Assembly: GCA_038249405.1 (NCBI GenBank)
Contig: JBBRWF010000001.1
Location: 1-29,606, forward strand
Length of the DNA stretch: 29,606 nt
From: Anaerolineales bacterium
GTDB lineage: Bacteria; Chloroflexota; Anaerolineae; Anaerolineales; Villigracilaceae
Reading direction: 5' to 3'
Position 1 is the stretch's first letter, and each line of letters starts with the position of its first letter. Below, one piece after another: positions 15,223 to 24,478 of the stretch. The notes beneath the pieces are model-generated. The model did not search any database. It worked only from the letters and a program-made list of their open reading frames with translations, and was not told the DNA's origin. Made by a program: the position numbers and the translations under genes.

Positions 15223-17280
15223 TTATTTTGCGAATGGTAACGTAAATTTAAATTTCGAGCCGTGTTCGGGGGCAGGCTCCACCCAAATTTTCCCGCCGTG
15301 ACCCTGCACGGCAAGCTTGCAAAAAGCCAGCCCAACCCCGAGACCACTGGCAGCTGTTTTGTTCTTGAGACGGGTAAATTTATCAAAAATCCGTTCACCG
15401 TCCGCCTCGGGGATTCCTGGGCCATTATCTTGAACAGAAATGCGTAAAAAATCGCCACTTTCCTCTGCAGCGACCACTATCATGCCACCCATTGGGGTGT
15501 ATTTGGCTGCATTTTCCAGTAGATTAATCAATACGCGCCTGATCATATCGACATCTATGGACACAGGCGGAAGACCTTCGGTCATATTAACAACAATGGT
15601 CTGTTCGCGACCATCCGCGGAGGGTTTGATCGCTTCGAGAGCATAACTGAACAGCTTGGAGACTTCCACTTGCTCACGCTCACCCACTGGCTGGTTTTGC
15701 TCAAGGCGATTGAGATCCAGCAAGGAACTGACAAGGCGTTGGATACGATCAATCGAGTGGTGCGCAATCGTCAAAATTGGTTCGGCGGCTTCTTTTTCAG
15801 ATTCGGGGAAGACAGCTCCGAGCATTTCCACACTAGACAGAATATTTGCGAGCGGCGAGCGTAAATCGTGATAAATCATGGCCGCCAAGTCTTCACGCAA
15901 AGCATCCAGATCTTTGCGCTCGGTGATATCACGCAAAATCCACTGGAGCGATTCGGCTTCATCGAACACCACTTTCCGAACATATACTTCGACTGGATGC
16001 GTGCCCCCATGAACATCATACAAGGTTGCTTCGTATGTGATAGTAGAGTCACCGATTTTTTCCAATTGGCGACCGGCTTTTTCATGATTTACTTCATGTA
16101 CTTGCTCAATACCAATCTCGCGTAGGTCAACCGAAGTATGTCCGGTGAAGAAAGTAGCCTGGTTATTGACTTCCAGGATGCGCCCTTGCAAATCGGTAAT
16201 AACAATAGGGTCGATACTGTCTTCAAACAGGTCGCGATAACGTTTACGCGCTACATCGAGGCTTTCAAACAATTGCGCATTTTGAATGGTGGTACCAGCG
16301 AGCGCGCCAAAACCTGTTAGAACCAACAAAGCATCTGGATCAAAAGATTTATTATTAACAGGGTTGATGGCTTCCAATACGCCAATAACTTTACCCTGTA
16401 CGTGGATGGGGGCACAGACGAGTGCGCGCACCTTTACATCTGCAATTCTTTCTGATTCAGATAGAATTGGCTGGGTATCAGAGGCCAGCGAGGGAATAAT
16501 GATGCCTCGTTCCTGCCGAACAACCACTCCGGCAATTCCTTCCCGAAGTTTCAGGCGCCTGCCAACCAGGCTTTGATTTCCATTGGCTGCGCGGAAAACG
16601 AGTTCCTGTCCTTCGACCATTGCAAGGGCTGTGATTTCCACTTGCAGGGTTTGCCTGGTGAGCGTCAATATGTTTTCAAACAAATCGTCGATGCGCACAA
16701 ATGAGCTTAAACGAGCTGCGCCTTCGGCAAGAGCAGTCATGACACGCGCCTGACGCTGGCTTTCGGAGAACAGACGGGCGTTCAGCACAGCAATACCCGC
16801 CTGGTCTGCAATAGCCTGCATCAGTTCGAGATGGTCATTTGTATAGGCGTTTGGAGTTGGGTGAACCAGGGTGAGAACACCAACGAGATTCTCGCGCGTC
16901 ATGAGCGGCACACAAATAGCCGATTTCGCTCCAGAGCGATTGACCGAATCATCCTCCCGGCGCAACCAGCGCTCATCTTTGCTGGTATCGGGAACCAGGG
17001 TGGCTTTGCGGCTGCGAATCACCCAGCCTGCCAGGCCGCGATCTACAGTATCTTTTAATTGCAGGGTTGTACTTTCACGCACCTGGTTACCATAAACGAT
17101 TGCAGAATTAACCGCCCGGCCATTATCATCCATGACCACCACGCTGCCGCGTTCTCCACCCACGTTGTTGATGGCGGAAAATAAAACGCGAGTGAGCACA
17201 GTTTTTAGATCGAGCGCTGTGGCAAATTCCCGGCTCACTTTGTAGAGCAGTTCGAGGACTGCACGTTGGTTTTGGGGCAT
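15223..17280 (-). CDS. Cytoplasmic sensor histidine kinase, GAF-GAF-PAS-HisKA-HATPase
   Basis: Two GAF ends (AIADQAGIAVLNARLF, GALAGTTIQNAQLF), PAS (LFEDSIDPIVITDLQGRILEVN...WILRDITERK), H-box HDLRSPL, N-box NLLENAAKYT, DNGPGI and GLGVGLAFC. No transmembrane segment. Start taken at MPQNQ with GAGG upstream. Confidence 0.93.
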   Translation of the reverse strand: MPQNQRAVLELLYKVSREFATALDLKTVLTRVLFSAINNVGGERGSVVVMDDNGRAVNSAIVYGNQVRESTTLQLKDTVDRGLAGWVIRSRKATLVPDTSKDERWLRREDDSVNRSGAKSAICVPLMTRENLVGVLTLVHPTPNAYTNDHLELMQAIADQAGIAVLNARLFSESQRQARVMTALAEGAARLSSFVRIDDLFENILTLTRQTLQVEITALAMVEGQELVFRAANGNQSLVGRRLKLREGIAGVVVRQERGIIIPSLASDTQPILSESERIADVKVRALVCAPIHVQGKVIGVLEAINPVNNKSFDPDALLVLTGFGALAGTTIQNAQLFESLDVARKRYRDLFEDSIDPIVITDLQGRILEVNNQATFFTGHTSVDLREIGIEQVHEVNHEKAGRQLEKIGDSTITYEATLYDVHGGTHPVEVYVRKVVFDEAESLQWILRDITERKDLDALREDLAAMIYHDLRSPLANILSSVEMLGAVFPESEKEAAEPILTIAHHSIDRIQRLVSSLLDLNRLEQNQPVGEREQVEVSKLFSYALEAIKPSADGREQTIVVNMTEGLPPVSIDVDMIRRVLINLLENAAKYTPMGGMIVVAAEESGDFLRISVQDNGPGIPEADGERIFDKFTRLKNKTAASGLGVGLAFCKLAVQGHGGKIWVEPAPEHGSKFKFTLPFAK

Positions 17281-17336
17281 AAAACCTCGAAGAAACCGCT
17301 TGCAGCTGCGGCCTGGCAAATGTTTCCAACCAGCCG

Positions 17337-18509
17337 TTACTGCGATAAATAGTTCAAACCCGATGCAGGGTTCACTATAACCACACACTCATCGTTGTTT
17401 ATCCAACCAGATCTCACTAATTGCTGTAGAGCAGCCAGGCCAGCACCAACCTGGGGAGCTGCAAAAATTCCCTCGCAAAGCGCCAGCTCTTTTTGATAGG
17501 CCAGAATTTTCTGATCCGCTACAGCTACTACTGTGCCCATACTTTCACGAATGGCTCGCAATATCAGACGATCAGCGAAGACATCGGCTATTCGTAAGGC
17601 AGAAATGACAGTCTCAACATGCTGCCAACGAGATGCACGTGCGCTTTTTTCATCAAAGGCACGCGCAAGCGGGGCACAACCACTGGCCTGGGCCGCCACC
17701 AAACGGGGCCGTTTTGCTCCGAGCAAGCCCAACTGCTCCAATTCGCCAAATGTTTTCCACAATCCCAAAAGCTCCAGGCCGTCGCCAGTGGGTAAAATAA
17801 TCACATCCGGCAATTCCCAGGCAAACGCTTCCGCCAGCTCAAGGCCGATGGTTTTAGCGCCTTCGCAACGATAAGGTTCTCGAAAAGCCGAGATATCCAA
17901 CCATCCGCGAGAACTGGCAACTTCGGCAGCCATACAGGCGGCATCCGAAAACAAGCCATCCACCAGAATCAGCTGTGCGCCAAAGGTTTTAACCGCAACT
18001 TGCTCCGCAACAGGCGCATCTTTGGACATAAAAATATGCGCACGGGAGCGAGAACGGGCAGCGCAGGCTGCCAGCGCGGGGCCATCCGATCCGTAGGCAG
18101 CCAGGGTAAAATCACGCACGCCTAATTCAAGAGCGCGTGCCACGGCCACTGTCAGGCCGCGATGCTCAAGGGAGCCTAATGGACCGTGAGACTCATCCTT
18201 TATAAATAGTGCGGGCAAACCCAGCGCTTTCCCCAGGTTGAAAGCCTGTAAAACAGGCGCGTTTGCTTCGCCCAGGGTCATTCGGAATGATGGTGTACGG
18301 ACAGGCAGGATTTCGCTCCAGCGCCAAATACCTCCCTGACGTTGCGACAGAGACTCACGCGTAAGTGTTGACTTTGCCACGGGTATATCATAAATCGCCA
18401 TCAGAGGGCTGGAACAATCCAAACAAAAGGTTTGCAAAGTATCCGGAGTAAAAAACCTGCCGCATTCAGGGCATTCAAGCCGCAAGAACGCACTCTGGGA
18501 TGGCCGCAT
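17337..18509 (-). CDS. Threonine synthase-like (fold-type II PLP family) protein lacking the PLP lysine
   Basis: ThrC layout (CPECG..CLDC zinc knuckle, GIWRWSEILP, TLGEANAP, LFIKDE, EPYRCEGAKTIGLELAE, AQASGCAPL), but GSFKxRG reads GSLEHRG. Start taken at MRPSQ. Confidence 0.85.
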   Translation of the reverse strand: MRPSQSAFLRLECPECGRFFTPDTLQTFCLDCSSPLMAIYDIPVAKSTLTRESLSQRQGGIWRWSEILPVRTPSFRMTLGEANAPVLQAFNLGKALGLPALFIKDESHGPLGSLEHRGLTVAVARALELGVRDFTLAAYGSDGPALAACAARSRSRAHIFMSKDAPVAEQVAVKTFGAQLILVDGLFSDAACMAAEVASSRGWLDISAFREPYRCEGAKTIGLELAEAFAWELPDVIILPTGDGLELLGLWKTFGELEQLGLLGAKRPRLVAAQASGCAPLARAFDEKSARASRWQHVETVISALRIADVFADRLILRAIRESMGTVVAVADQKILAYQKELALCEGIFAAPQVGAGLAALQQLVRSGWINNDECVVIVNPASGLNYLSQ

Positions 18510-18516
18510 AGGACAA

Positions 18517-18525
18517 AGTATAGCA
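18517..18525 (-). promoter_or_regulatory. Extended -10 element 7 nt before the ThrC-like ATG (probable leaderless mRNA)
   Basis: Minus strand reads TGcTATACT-ttgtcct-ATG, with no Shine-Dalgarno sequence. Confidence 0.6.
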
Positions 18526-18577
18526 CAATTGGTATATTTCCCAATAAAAACAACAAGTGCGTGTATCATTTTGTTTC

Positions 18578-18606
18578 TTGAATTCAGGCAGGAATTCGCT
18601 TAAAAT
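18578..18606 (+). promoter_or_regulatory. Putative sigma70 promoter of the HAD gene
   Basis: TTGAAT (18578-18583)-N17-TAAAAT (18601-18606), then a GGAG RBS and ATG at 18625. Confidence 0.6.
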
Positions 18607-18624
18607 AGCCCCAGGAGAAATAGC

Positions 18625-19308
18625 ATGTCATTAGACCTTTCGCGGATCCAGGCCCTGTGTTTTGATGTTGACGGCACGCTGAACGATACAGATGATCAGT
18701 TTGTAGAACAGGCGCTGCCATTCTTCAAAGCCGTCCGTTTTTCGCTGCCTGGAAGGGATGCTTACTGCGCAGCACGGCATTTTGTCATGTGGGCTGAAGC
18801 TCCAGGCAATGCGCTGATCGGCTTGCCAGACAGGTTTGGGTTTGACGATGAATTGAGTAAACTGGCAATCTGGCTGAACCAGAAACGCAAAGCGAAAATC
18901 AAGGTGTTTCGCCCCATTGACGGTGTTGTTGAATTGCTGGATGAGCTGCACGGCAAATACCCATTGGCTGTGGTGAGCGCAAGAGAAGAAGAATCCACCC
19001 GGGAATTTCTGCACCAGGCAGAAATTGAGAAATATTTTACATGCGTGGCCGGGGCATTAACGGTAAAACATACCAAACCATACCCGGACCCGATCTATTG
19101 GGCTGCACAACAAATGGGAGTGCAGGCCAAAAATTGCCTGATGATTTGTGATACAACAATAGATATTCGCGCCGGGAAAGCAGCTGCAACGTAAACTGTG
19201 GGGGTATTATGCGGTTTTGGGGAAGAAAAAGAACTTCGCCGACTGGGTGCTGTTTTGATATTGGAGAGTACTCCCCTGCTGACCGGTGAATTATTGCGGA
19301 ACCTATAA
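18625..19308 (+). pseudogene. HAD-family hydrolase (phosphoglycolate phosphatase-like) with internal TAA at 19192-19194
   Basis: Motifs FDVDGTL, VVSAR and KPYPDP. After the TAA the same frame continues TVGVLCGFGEEKELRRLGAVLILESTP to a TAA at 19306-19308, which is a typical HAD C-terminus. Confidence 0.8.
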
Positions 19309-19567
19309 AAGTCAATGATTAAGAAGGGGAAGTGAAAAACTGTTTCTGTGAAGTGGAAAAGATTATACCGACTGTCGAATATATCCAGGCAGGGGTATTC
19401 TGCGCCACATTTCAATGCACCGGAAGGACTCAATGTATCCCATTTGAAAAAGAGCGGGCAGGTGCGGATCTGTGACCTGGATATTTTCCACGTGAGCAGC
19501 CAGTTGCGGGTGTAGATGATGCAAATGTGAAAGAAAGGCGCAGGCCAAAGCGGCCGGATTACCCTGC

Positions 19568-20674
19568 TCAGCAAAAAAAACGTGTGAGAGAACTGAAGTC
19601 GTACTGGGCCGCATACGATTCGCCATAGCGCATCAGCAGACGCACTGCTGTTGGCGAAGTAAAAATGCCAGTTATATTGAATTCTTCTATGATCTTCCAA
19701 AGCGTACCGGGATCCGGGCAATCAATCGCACCTTCATAGACGACGGTGGTGCAACCCATAATGAGCGGCGCGTAAACAATATAACTATGACCAACGAGCC
19801 AACCGATGTCGGAAGTGGACCACCAAATATCGGTTGGCTGCAGGCCAAAGACCCAGCGCGCCATGCTTGAAATCCAGACCTGGTAGGCGCCGTGTGTATG
19901 AACAGCCAGCTTAGGCCTGGCGGTTGTCCCTGAATTGGCGATCATAAAGGCTGGTTCGTTGGCTTCCATCGGGATATAGCCGCCAGGCTGTCCTTTGCCA
20001 TGGACCAAAAACTCATCCCAGGTCAGATCGCGCTCTGCCTGCATGGGTACATCCGCTGTGCCACGTTTAAGAACCACCACATGCTCAACCGAATGCCCGC
20101 CGCCTTCCAGGGCAGTATCTACAATCTCTTTTAGCGGAACATCCTTGCCCTTACGGTAGGTAAAATCTCCAATGAAGAGCGCTCTGGAACCACTGGCCCG
20201 AACACGATCCCCGAGCGCCCCGGCTCCAAAACCAGCAAAGACAACCGAATGAATGGCGCCGATCCTGACAGAAGCCAGCATGACTATGCTGGCTTCGGGA
20301 CAGGTGGGCATGTAAATGGTGAGCCGATCTCCCTTTTGCAACCCCATGCCTCGCAGCGCGGCAGAGACACGCTCCACCTCGTGCAAGAGTTGAGCATACG
20401 TAAACAGGCGGTGTTCTCAGCGCTCGGTGACATAGATAAGCGCTGTGTGACCGCCCCAGCCGCGCTGCACATGAAAATCGAGGGCATTGTAAGCCAGGTT
20501 GGTTTCGCCCCCCTGGAACCAGCGGAAGGTGGGAAAATCCCATTCAAAAACTCTCTCCCAGGGGCGGAACAGATGCAATTGCGCGGCTGCTTTGGCCTAA
20601 AACTGTTCAGGGTTCTCACGGGATTCCTCGAGCCAGCGATTCACTAGCGGGTTAACGAGATCGACGCCAGACAT
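19568..20674 (-). pseudogene. acs: Acetyl-CoA synthetase-like gene, with two internal stops and the 3' end missing
   Basis: From ATG 20674 (RBS AAAGGAGGAG): MSGVDLVNP...NPEQF*AKAA...RWFQGGETNLAYNALD...TER*EHRLFTYAQL...GAIHSVVFAGF...SGTTARPK...WSTSDIGWLVGHSYIVYAPL...TSPTAVRLL. Stops are TAG 20597-20599 and TGA 20417-20419. Homology ends at about 19570. Confidence 0.88.
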
Positions 20675-20913
20675 AGTTTGCTCCTCCTTTGGATGTTCGT
20701 GCTAAAAAATGGCGAGTGTGCGAGCTTGTGCAGAACAAATCATTAAAAGCTGCCCAAAACAGCCCAACTAACTGTATTGAGACTGACCTACCAGTCACTC
20801 ATTACCCGTTGAGACAAGCAGCTAATGCACGTGTTGAGGATATTAAATTGTATAAACCACGATTGGCGATTAAGGTTTTGTTGGCAGCAGCACCAGATGA
20901 TAAAATACACGGC

Positions 20914-21732
20914 ATGGGCACTCTTTATCTGGTCGCTACCCCTATCGGCAATCTTGAAGATATGAGTCCGCGCGCGATTCGTACGCTGCGCGAGGTAAAA
21001 CTGATCGCCGCGGAGGATACGCGACACACACGCCAATTGCTGACACATTTTGATATTCACACCCCGCTTACCAGTTATTACGAACACAACAAACTGAGCA
21101 AGCAGGATGAAATTCTGAACGCACTCAGCCAGGGAGATGTGGCGCTCGTTTCGGATGCCGGCACGCCGGCGATTAACGATCCGGGGTATGAACTGGTGAA
21201 AGCGGCACTCAGCGCACAGTACGTGGTTAGTCCCATACCGGGTGCTTCGGCACCCATTGCAGCCCTGGCGGTTTCTGGCTTGCCAACCGATTCTTTCCTT
21301 TACCTGGGCTATTTGCCGCGTAAAACATCTGAAAGGAAGGCCCTGTTTGTACAGGTACAGGATTTTCCGTACACGCTCATTTTTCTGGAAAGTCCCCACC
21401 GTGTATTGGAATCATTAACCGATATCCAAACCTTTCTGGGGGACCGCCCTGTGGCTGCCGCCAGAGAATTGACAAAAATATACGAGCAAGTTGTGCGCGG
21501 GTCTGCCAGCCAGGTAAAAGCTCACTTTATCAAAAATGAACCTCGGGGTGAATTCGTGCTGATCGTAGCAGGGCAAACCGCAGCGAAAAGCCCGGCGGTC
21601 TGGTCAGAAGAAGAACTGGTTGCAGAGATCGAGAAATGCAAACTGGCAGGTTTGCCAGCCAAAGAAATTGCTGCGGAACTGGCAAAAAAAACCGGCTGGG
21701 AACGACGTACCATTTACAAGATGGCATTGTAA
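20914..21732 (+). CDS. rsmI: 16S rRNA (cytidine1402-2'-O)-methyltransferase
   Basis: MGTLYLVATPIGNLEDMS, AEDTR, VSDAGTPAINDPG, ESPHR and RELTKIYE. True start is 20914, not 20689. Confidence 0.96.
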   Translation: MGTLYLVATPIGNLEDMSPRAIRTLREVKLIAAEDTRHTRQLLTHFDIHTPLTSYYEHNKLSKQDEILNALSQGDVALVSDAGTPAINDPGYELVKAALSAQYVVSPIPGASAPIAALAVSGLPTDSFLYLGYLPRKTSERKALFVQVQDFPYTLIFLESPHRVLESLTDIQTFLGDRPVAAARELTKIYEQVVRGSASQVKAHFIKNEPRGEFVLIVAGQTAAKSPAVWSEEELVAEIEKCKLAGLPAKEIAAELAKKTGWERRTIYKMAL

Positions 21733-21749
21733 ACAAGATGGCATTGTAA
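21716..21749 (+). repeat. Perfect 17-bp tandem duplication ACAAGATGGCATTGTAA
   Basis: Copies at 21716-21732 and 21733-21749; the first copy ends with the rsmI stop codon. Confidence 0.95.
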
Positions 21750-21791
21750 TATTGAACTGGCACTAACTTTTAGAAGGCAAAGGAAAATACC

Positions 21792-22859
21792 TTGAATCTT
21801 GACGATCTTACCGAAATGAAAATACTTGATGCTCAAGACATGTTGAGCGAAATTGACAACCTGCCTGACCAGCTGGCACAAGCCTGGGCACTTGGGCAGA
21901 CACTGCCCCTGCCTGATATCACCAGAGTCACGCGTATCGTCATTGCGGGGATGGGCGGTTCAGCGATTGGCGCGGATCTGCTGGCGGGGTACGCAGCCAA
22001 TCATTGCTCACTGCCGATCAGCCTGCACCGGGATTACAGCCTGCCTGCCTTTGCCAGCGGTAAAGAAACGCTGTTTATTGCATCCTCGCACTCTGGGAAC
22101 ACAGAAGAAACATTGGATGCGTTTGATGAAGCATTGAAGCGCGGCTGCAGCATGATGGTCATCAGCACTGGCGGGCAACTAGCCCAAAAAGCCAGCGCAG
22201 CGGGCTGCTCATTCTGGAGTTTTGAACACAAGGGACAGCCGCGCGCGGCAGTTGGGTTCTCCTTTGGGCTGCTGTTGGCTGCTTTTTCGCGGTTGGGATT
22301 GGTTCCAGCGCAAGAAGAACTGGTGGCGGGGGCAATTGCAGCAATGAAGGCTCAGCAAAAAACCATACAGGCATCGGTGCTGGCGGCCAACAACCCGGCC
22401 AAACGTTACGCCGGTCAGTTGGTGGGACGCTGGGTAACAATTTTCGGTTCAGGCGTGCTGGCGACTGTGGCCAGAAGATGGAAGGGACAGATCAACGAAC
22501 TGGCCAAGGCTCCGGCAAATTTTGAATTTCTGCCAGAAGCAGACCATAACACCCTGGCAGGTGTCGTGAACCCATCCGATGAACTGCTTATGCCACACAC
22601 CATGACACTGTTCCTGCGATCTGCCAGCGACCACCCGCGCAACATCATCCGCACCAACATTACCCGCCAGACCTTTATGCTGGAGGGATTAAACACCGAT
22701 ATTTACCTGGCGCAAGGAAACAGCAGCCTGGCACAAATGTGGACAGCCATCCACTTTGGGGATTACCTGGGTTATTACCTGGCGATCGCTTATTCAATCG
22801 ACCCGACCCCGGTGGACGCATTGGTCAGCTTAAAGGCTGCGCTGGCTGCTCAAAAATAG
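21792..22859 (+). CDS. Bifunctional phosphoglucose/phosphomannose isomerase (SIS domains)
   Basis: GMGGSAIG, SHSGNTEET, STGG, GQPRAA, RWKGQINELAK, PEADHN and DPTPV. TTG start with AAGGA upstream. Confidence 0.9.
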   Translation: MNLDDLTEMKILDAQDMLSEIDNLPDQLAQAWALGQTLPLPDITRVTRIVIAGMGGSAIGADLLAGYAANHCSLPISLHRDYSLPAFASGKETLFIASSHSGNTEETLDAFDEALKRGCSMMVISTGGQLAQKASAAGCSFWSFEHKGQPRAAVGFSFGLLLAAFSRLGLVPAQEELVAGAIAAMKAQQKTIQASVLAANNPAKRYAGQLVGRWVTIFGSGVLATVARRWKGQINELAKAPANFEFLPEADHNTLAGVVNPSDELLMPHTMTLFLRSASDHPRNIIRTNITRQTFMLEGLNTDIYLAQGNSSLAQMWTAIHFGDYLGYYLAIAYSIDPTPVDALVSLKAALAAQK

Positions 22860-22870
22860 ACAACCCCGAA

Positions 22871-24391
22871 ATGTCAATGAACATCCAGCGATTAAAAGCG
22901 CGATTTAACCCTGCCAGTTCAGCCGCAATACTGATCATCGGCTTCGGGCTGGCGCTGCGCTTGCGGCAGCTCACCCTCAACCTGTCATTCTGGCTGGATG
23001 AGGCCATGCTGGCGCTGAATATTGTGAACCGTACGTTCGCAGGGCTGATCCACCCGTTGGACTATGATCAAGGCGCGCCGCTGGGGTTCCTGTGGGTTGT
23101 CAAGGCGTTTGAAAGTTTGCTGGGGGAGCACGAATTCAGCCTGCGCCTGTTCCCTTTCCTGGCTGGCTGCCTAGGGCTGGTTATTCTCTGGAGATTGGCC
23201 CGCCGAATCATCAACCCGGTGGGGGTTATTTTTACGCTAATTGCTTTTGCTTCAAGCCGTTATGTAGTTTCGTACAGCGCGCAGGTAAAACAATACGCGG
23301 TGGATGCAACCATCAGCGTGCTGCTACAGTTCCTTACACTCAACCTGCTACAAAAAAACAGCACTCGTAAAGATTATTTTCTGGCTGCCGGGTTTGGGGC
23401 GCTTGCCATTTGGATCTCCCACGCGGCTGTTTTTACGCTGGGCGGGATTGGCATGGTGTTGATTGTTGTAAACGCCGGTAAAAAAGACTGGGTGGCCGCA
23501 ATAAAATATGGGCTGGTAAGTATTTTTTGGGGGCTGAACTTTGCCGCTCTTTATCTGATCCAATACCGCAGCCTGGCATCCAACACAACGCTGACCAACT
23601 TCTGGGCAGATTATTTTCTGCCGCTCTCAAACTCGGCTCCATTGTGGATTTTTGACCACCTGTCTGGAATGTTCGACATCCCGGGGGGGTTATCGGGCTG
23701 GGTGCCATCGATATTGATCCTGGTTTTGCTTATAGCCGGGATCATTTCTCTTGTGCAGCGCGGCAAAGCGTGGGTGTGGATTTTTTTGATATCGCTGGGC
23801 TTAACCCTGGCAGCCTCCGGCCTGCAAAAATATCCTTTTGGTGGGCGAATGGGCATGTTCATTTTGCCAGGGCTGTTGATATGCGTGGGTGAAGGCATCG
23901 AACGGACGCGCAGATTTTTCAGAGCCTGGCCAAAGGTTGGCCTTGTATGCAGCCTGGGGCTGACTTTTTTCCTAACTTTCACCTCAATCAGTTTTGCCAT
24001 TGAAACAGCACTGCAACCGAAAATGACAGAAAATATCGCTCCGACAATGGCATATTTAAAAGCCAATGTACGCGAAGGCGATGTAATCTACCTGTATCAC
24101 ATGAGCATCCCGGCCTATCGGTACTATGCCCCCAAATATGGCCTGGATGGGCTCAAAGCTTTTGATGGAAAAGATGCAAAGACCAACCGACAGCTTTTTG
24201 TGGATGAGATCAATCAGATGAAGGGAAGCCAACGCACCTGGCTTTTATTTAGCCATCTGACGGACCCAGAATACGTAAAAGACCGGGATGCCATTTTGAC
24301 GTATGCCAGCCAGATCGGCGACAAAAAGCGTGAATTCAGCCTTCCTGGAACACTTATCAATCTTTATCTTTACATTTTGCCAGCGCGCTAA
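22871..24391 (+). CDS. GT-C fold (PMT/GT39-like) membrane glycosyltransferase
   Basis: N-terminal transmembrane helix, then SFWLDEA (loop-1 DE motif), APLGF, SLRLFP and YSAQVKQY; many transmembrane segments and a soluble C-terminal domain. Confidence 0.8.
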   Translation: MSMNIQRLKARFNPASSAAILIIGFGLALRLRQLTLNLSFWLDEAMLALNIVNRTFAGLIHPLDYDQGAPLGFLWVVKAFESLLGEHEFSLRLFPFLAGCLGLVILWRLARRIINPVGVIFTLIAFASSRYVVSYSAQVKQYAVDATISVLLQFLTLNLLQKNSTRKDYFLAAGFGALAIWISHAAVFTLGGIGMVLIVVNAGKKDWVAAIKYGLVSIFWGLNFAALYLIQYRSLASNTTLTNFWADYFLPLSNSAPLWIFDHLSGMFDIPGGLSGWVPSILILVLLIAGIISLVQRGKAWVWIFLISLGLTLAASGLQKYPFGGRMGMFILPGLLICVGEGIERTRRFFRAWPKVGLVCSLGLTFFLTFTSISFAIETALQPKMTENIAPTMAYLKANVREGDVIYLYHMSIPAYRYYAPKYGLDGLKAFDGKDAKTNRQLFVDEINQMKGSQRTWLLFSHLTDPEYVKDRDAILTYASQIGDKKREFSLPGTLINLYLYILPAR

Positions 24392-24438
24392 GCATCTTAA
24401 GGTAGTTACTCAGGGGAGCAAATACCGTGAAAGCACAG

Positions 24439-24475
24439 AACAAAAAATCACCCGTGAACCGGGTGATTTTTTGTT
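24439..24475. terminator. Bidirectional intrinsic terminator
   Basis: AACAAAAAATCACCCG-TGAAC-CGGGTGATTTTTTGTT between convergent genes. Confidence 0.9.
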
Positions 24476-24478
24476 GTT

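Noticed and set aside
19363-19626. 87-aa ORF as the frameshifted continuation of acs or as a transposase fragment
   Set aside because: No frame resumes acs motifs (GE.LN, D.WWQTETG) and no DDE pattern is evident, so it is left unassigned.
19192-20599. Alternative genetic code, selenocysteine or pyrrolysine read-through for the in-frame stops in the HAD and acs genes
   Set aside because: The three stops are three different codons (TAA, TGA, TAG) at positions expecting Gln, Gly and Trp. All three codons terminate normal genes elsewhere in the window, and acs is also truncated.
12297-20759. Shared 14-mer AAAAGCTGCCCAAA near 12297 and 20746
   Set aside because: About one exact 14-mer match is expected by chance in 30 kb; the flanks do not align.
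20689-20913. 75-aa N-terminal extension of RsmI given by the ORF track (likewise the extensions on nuoA, gatB, the kinase, the ThrC-like and GT-C genes)
   Set aside because: Family similarity begins at the downstream Met, and promoter or RBS signals sit directly in front of those internal starts.
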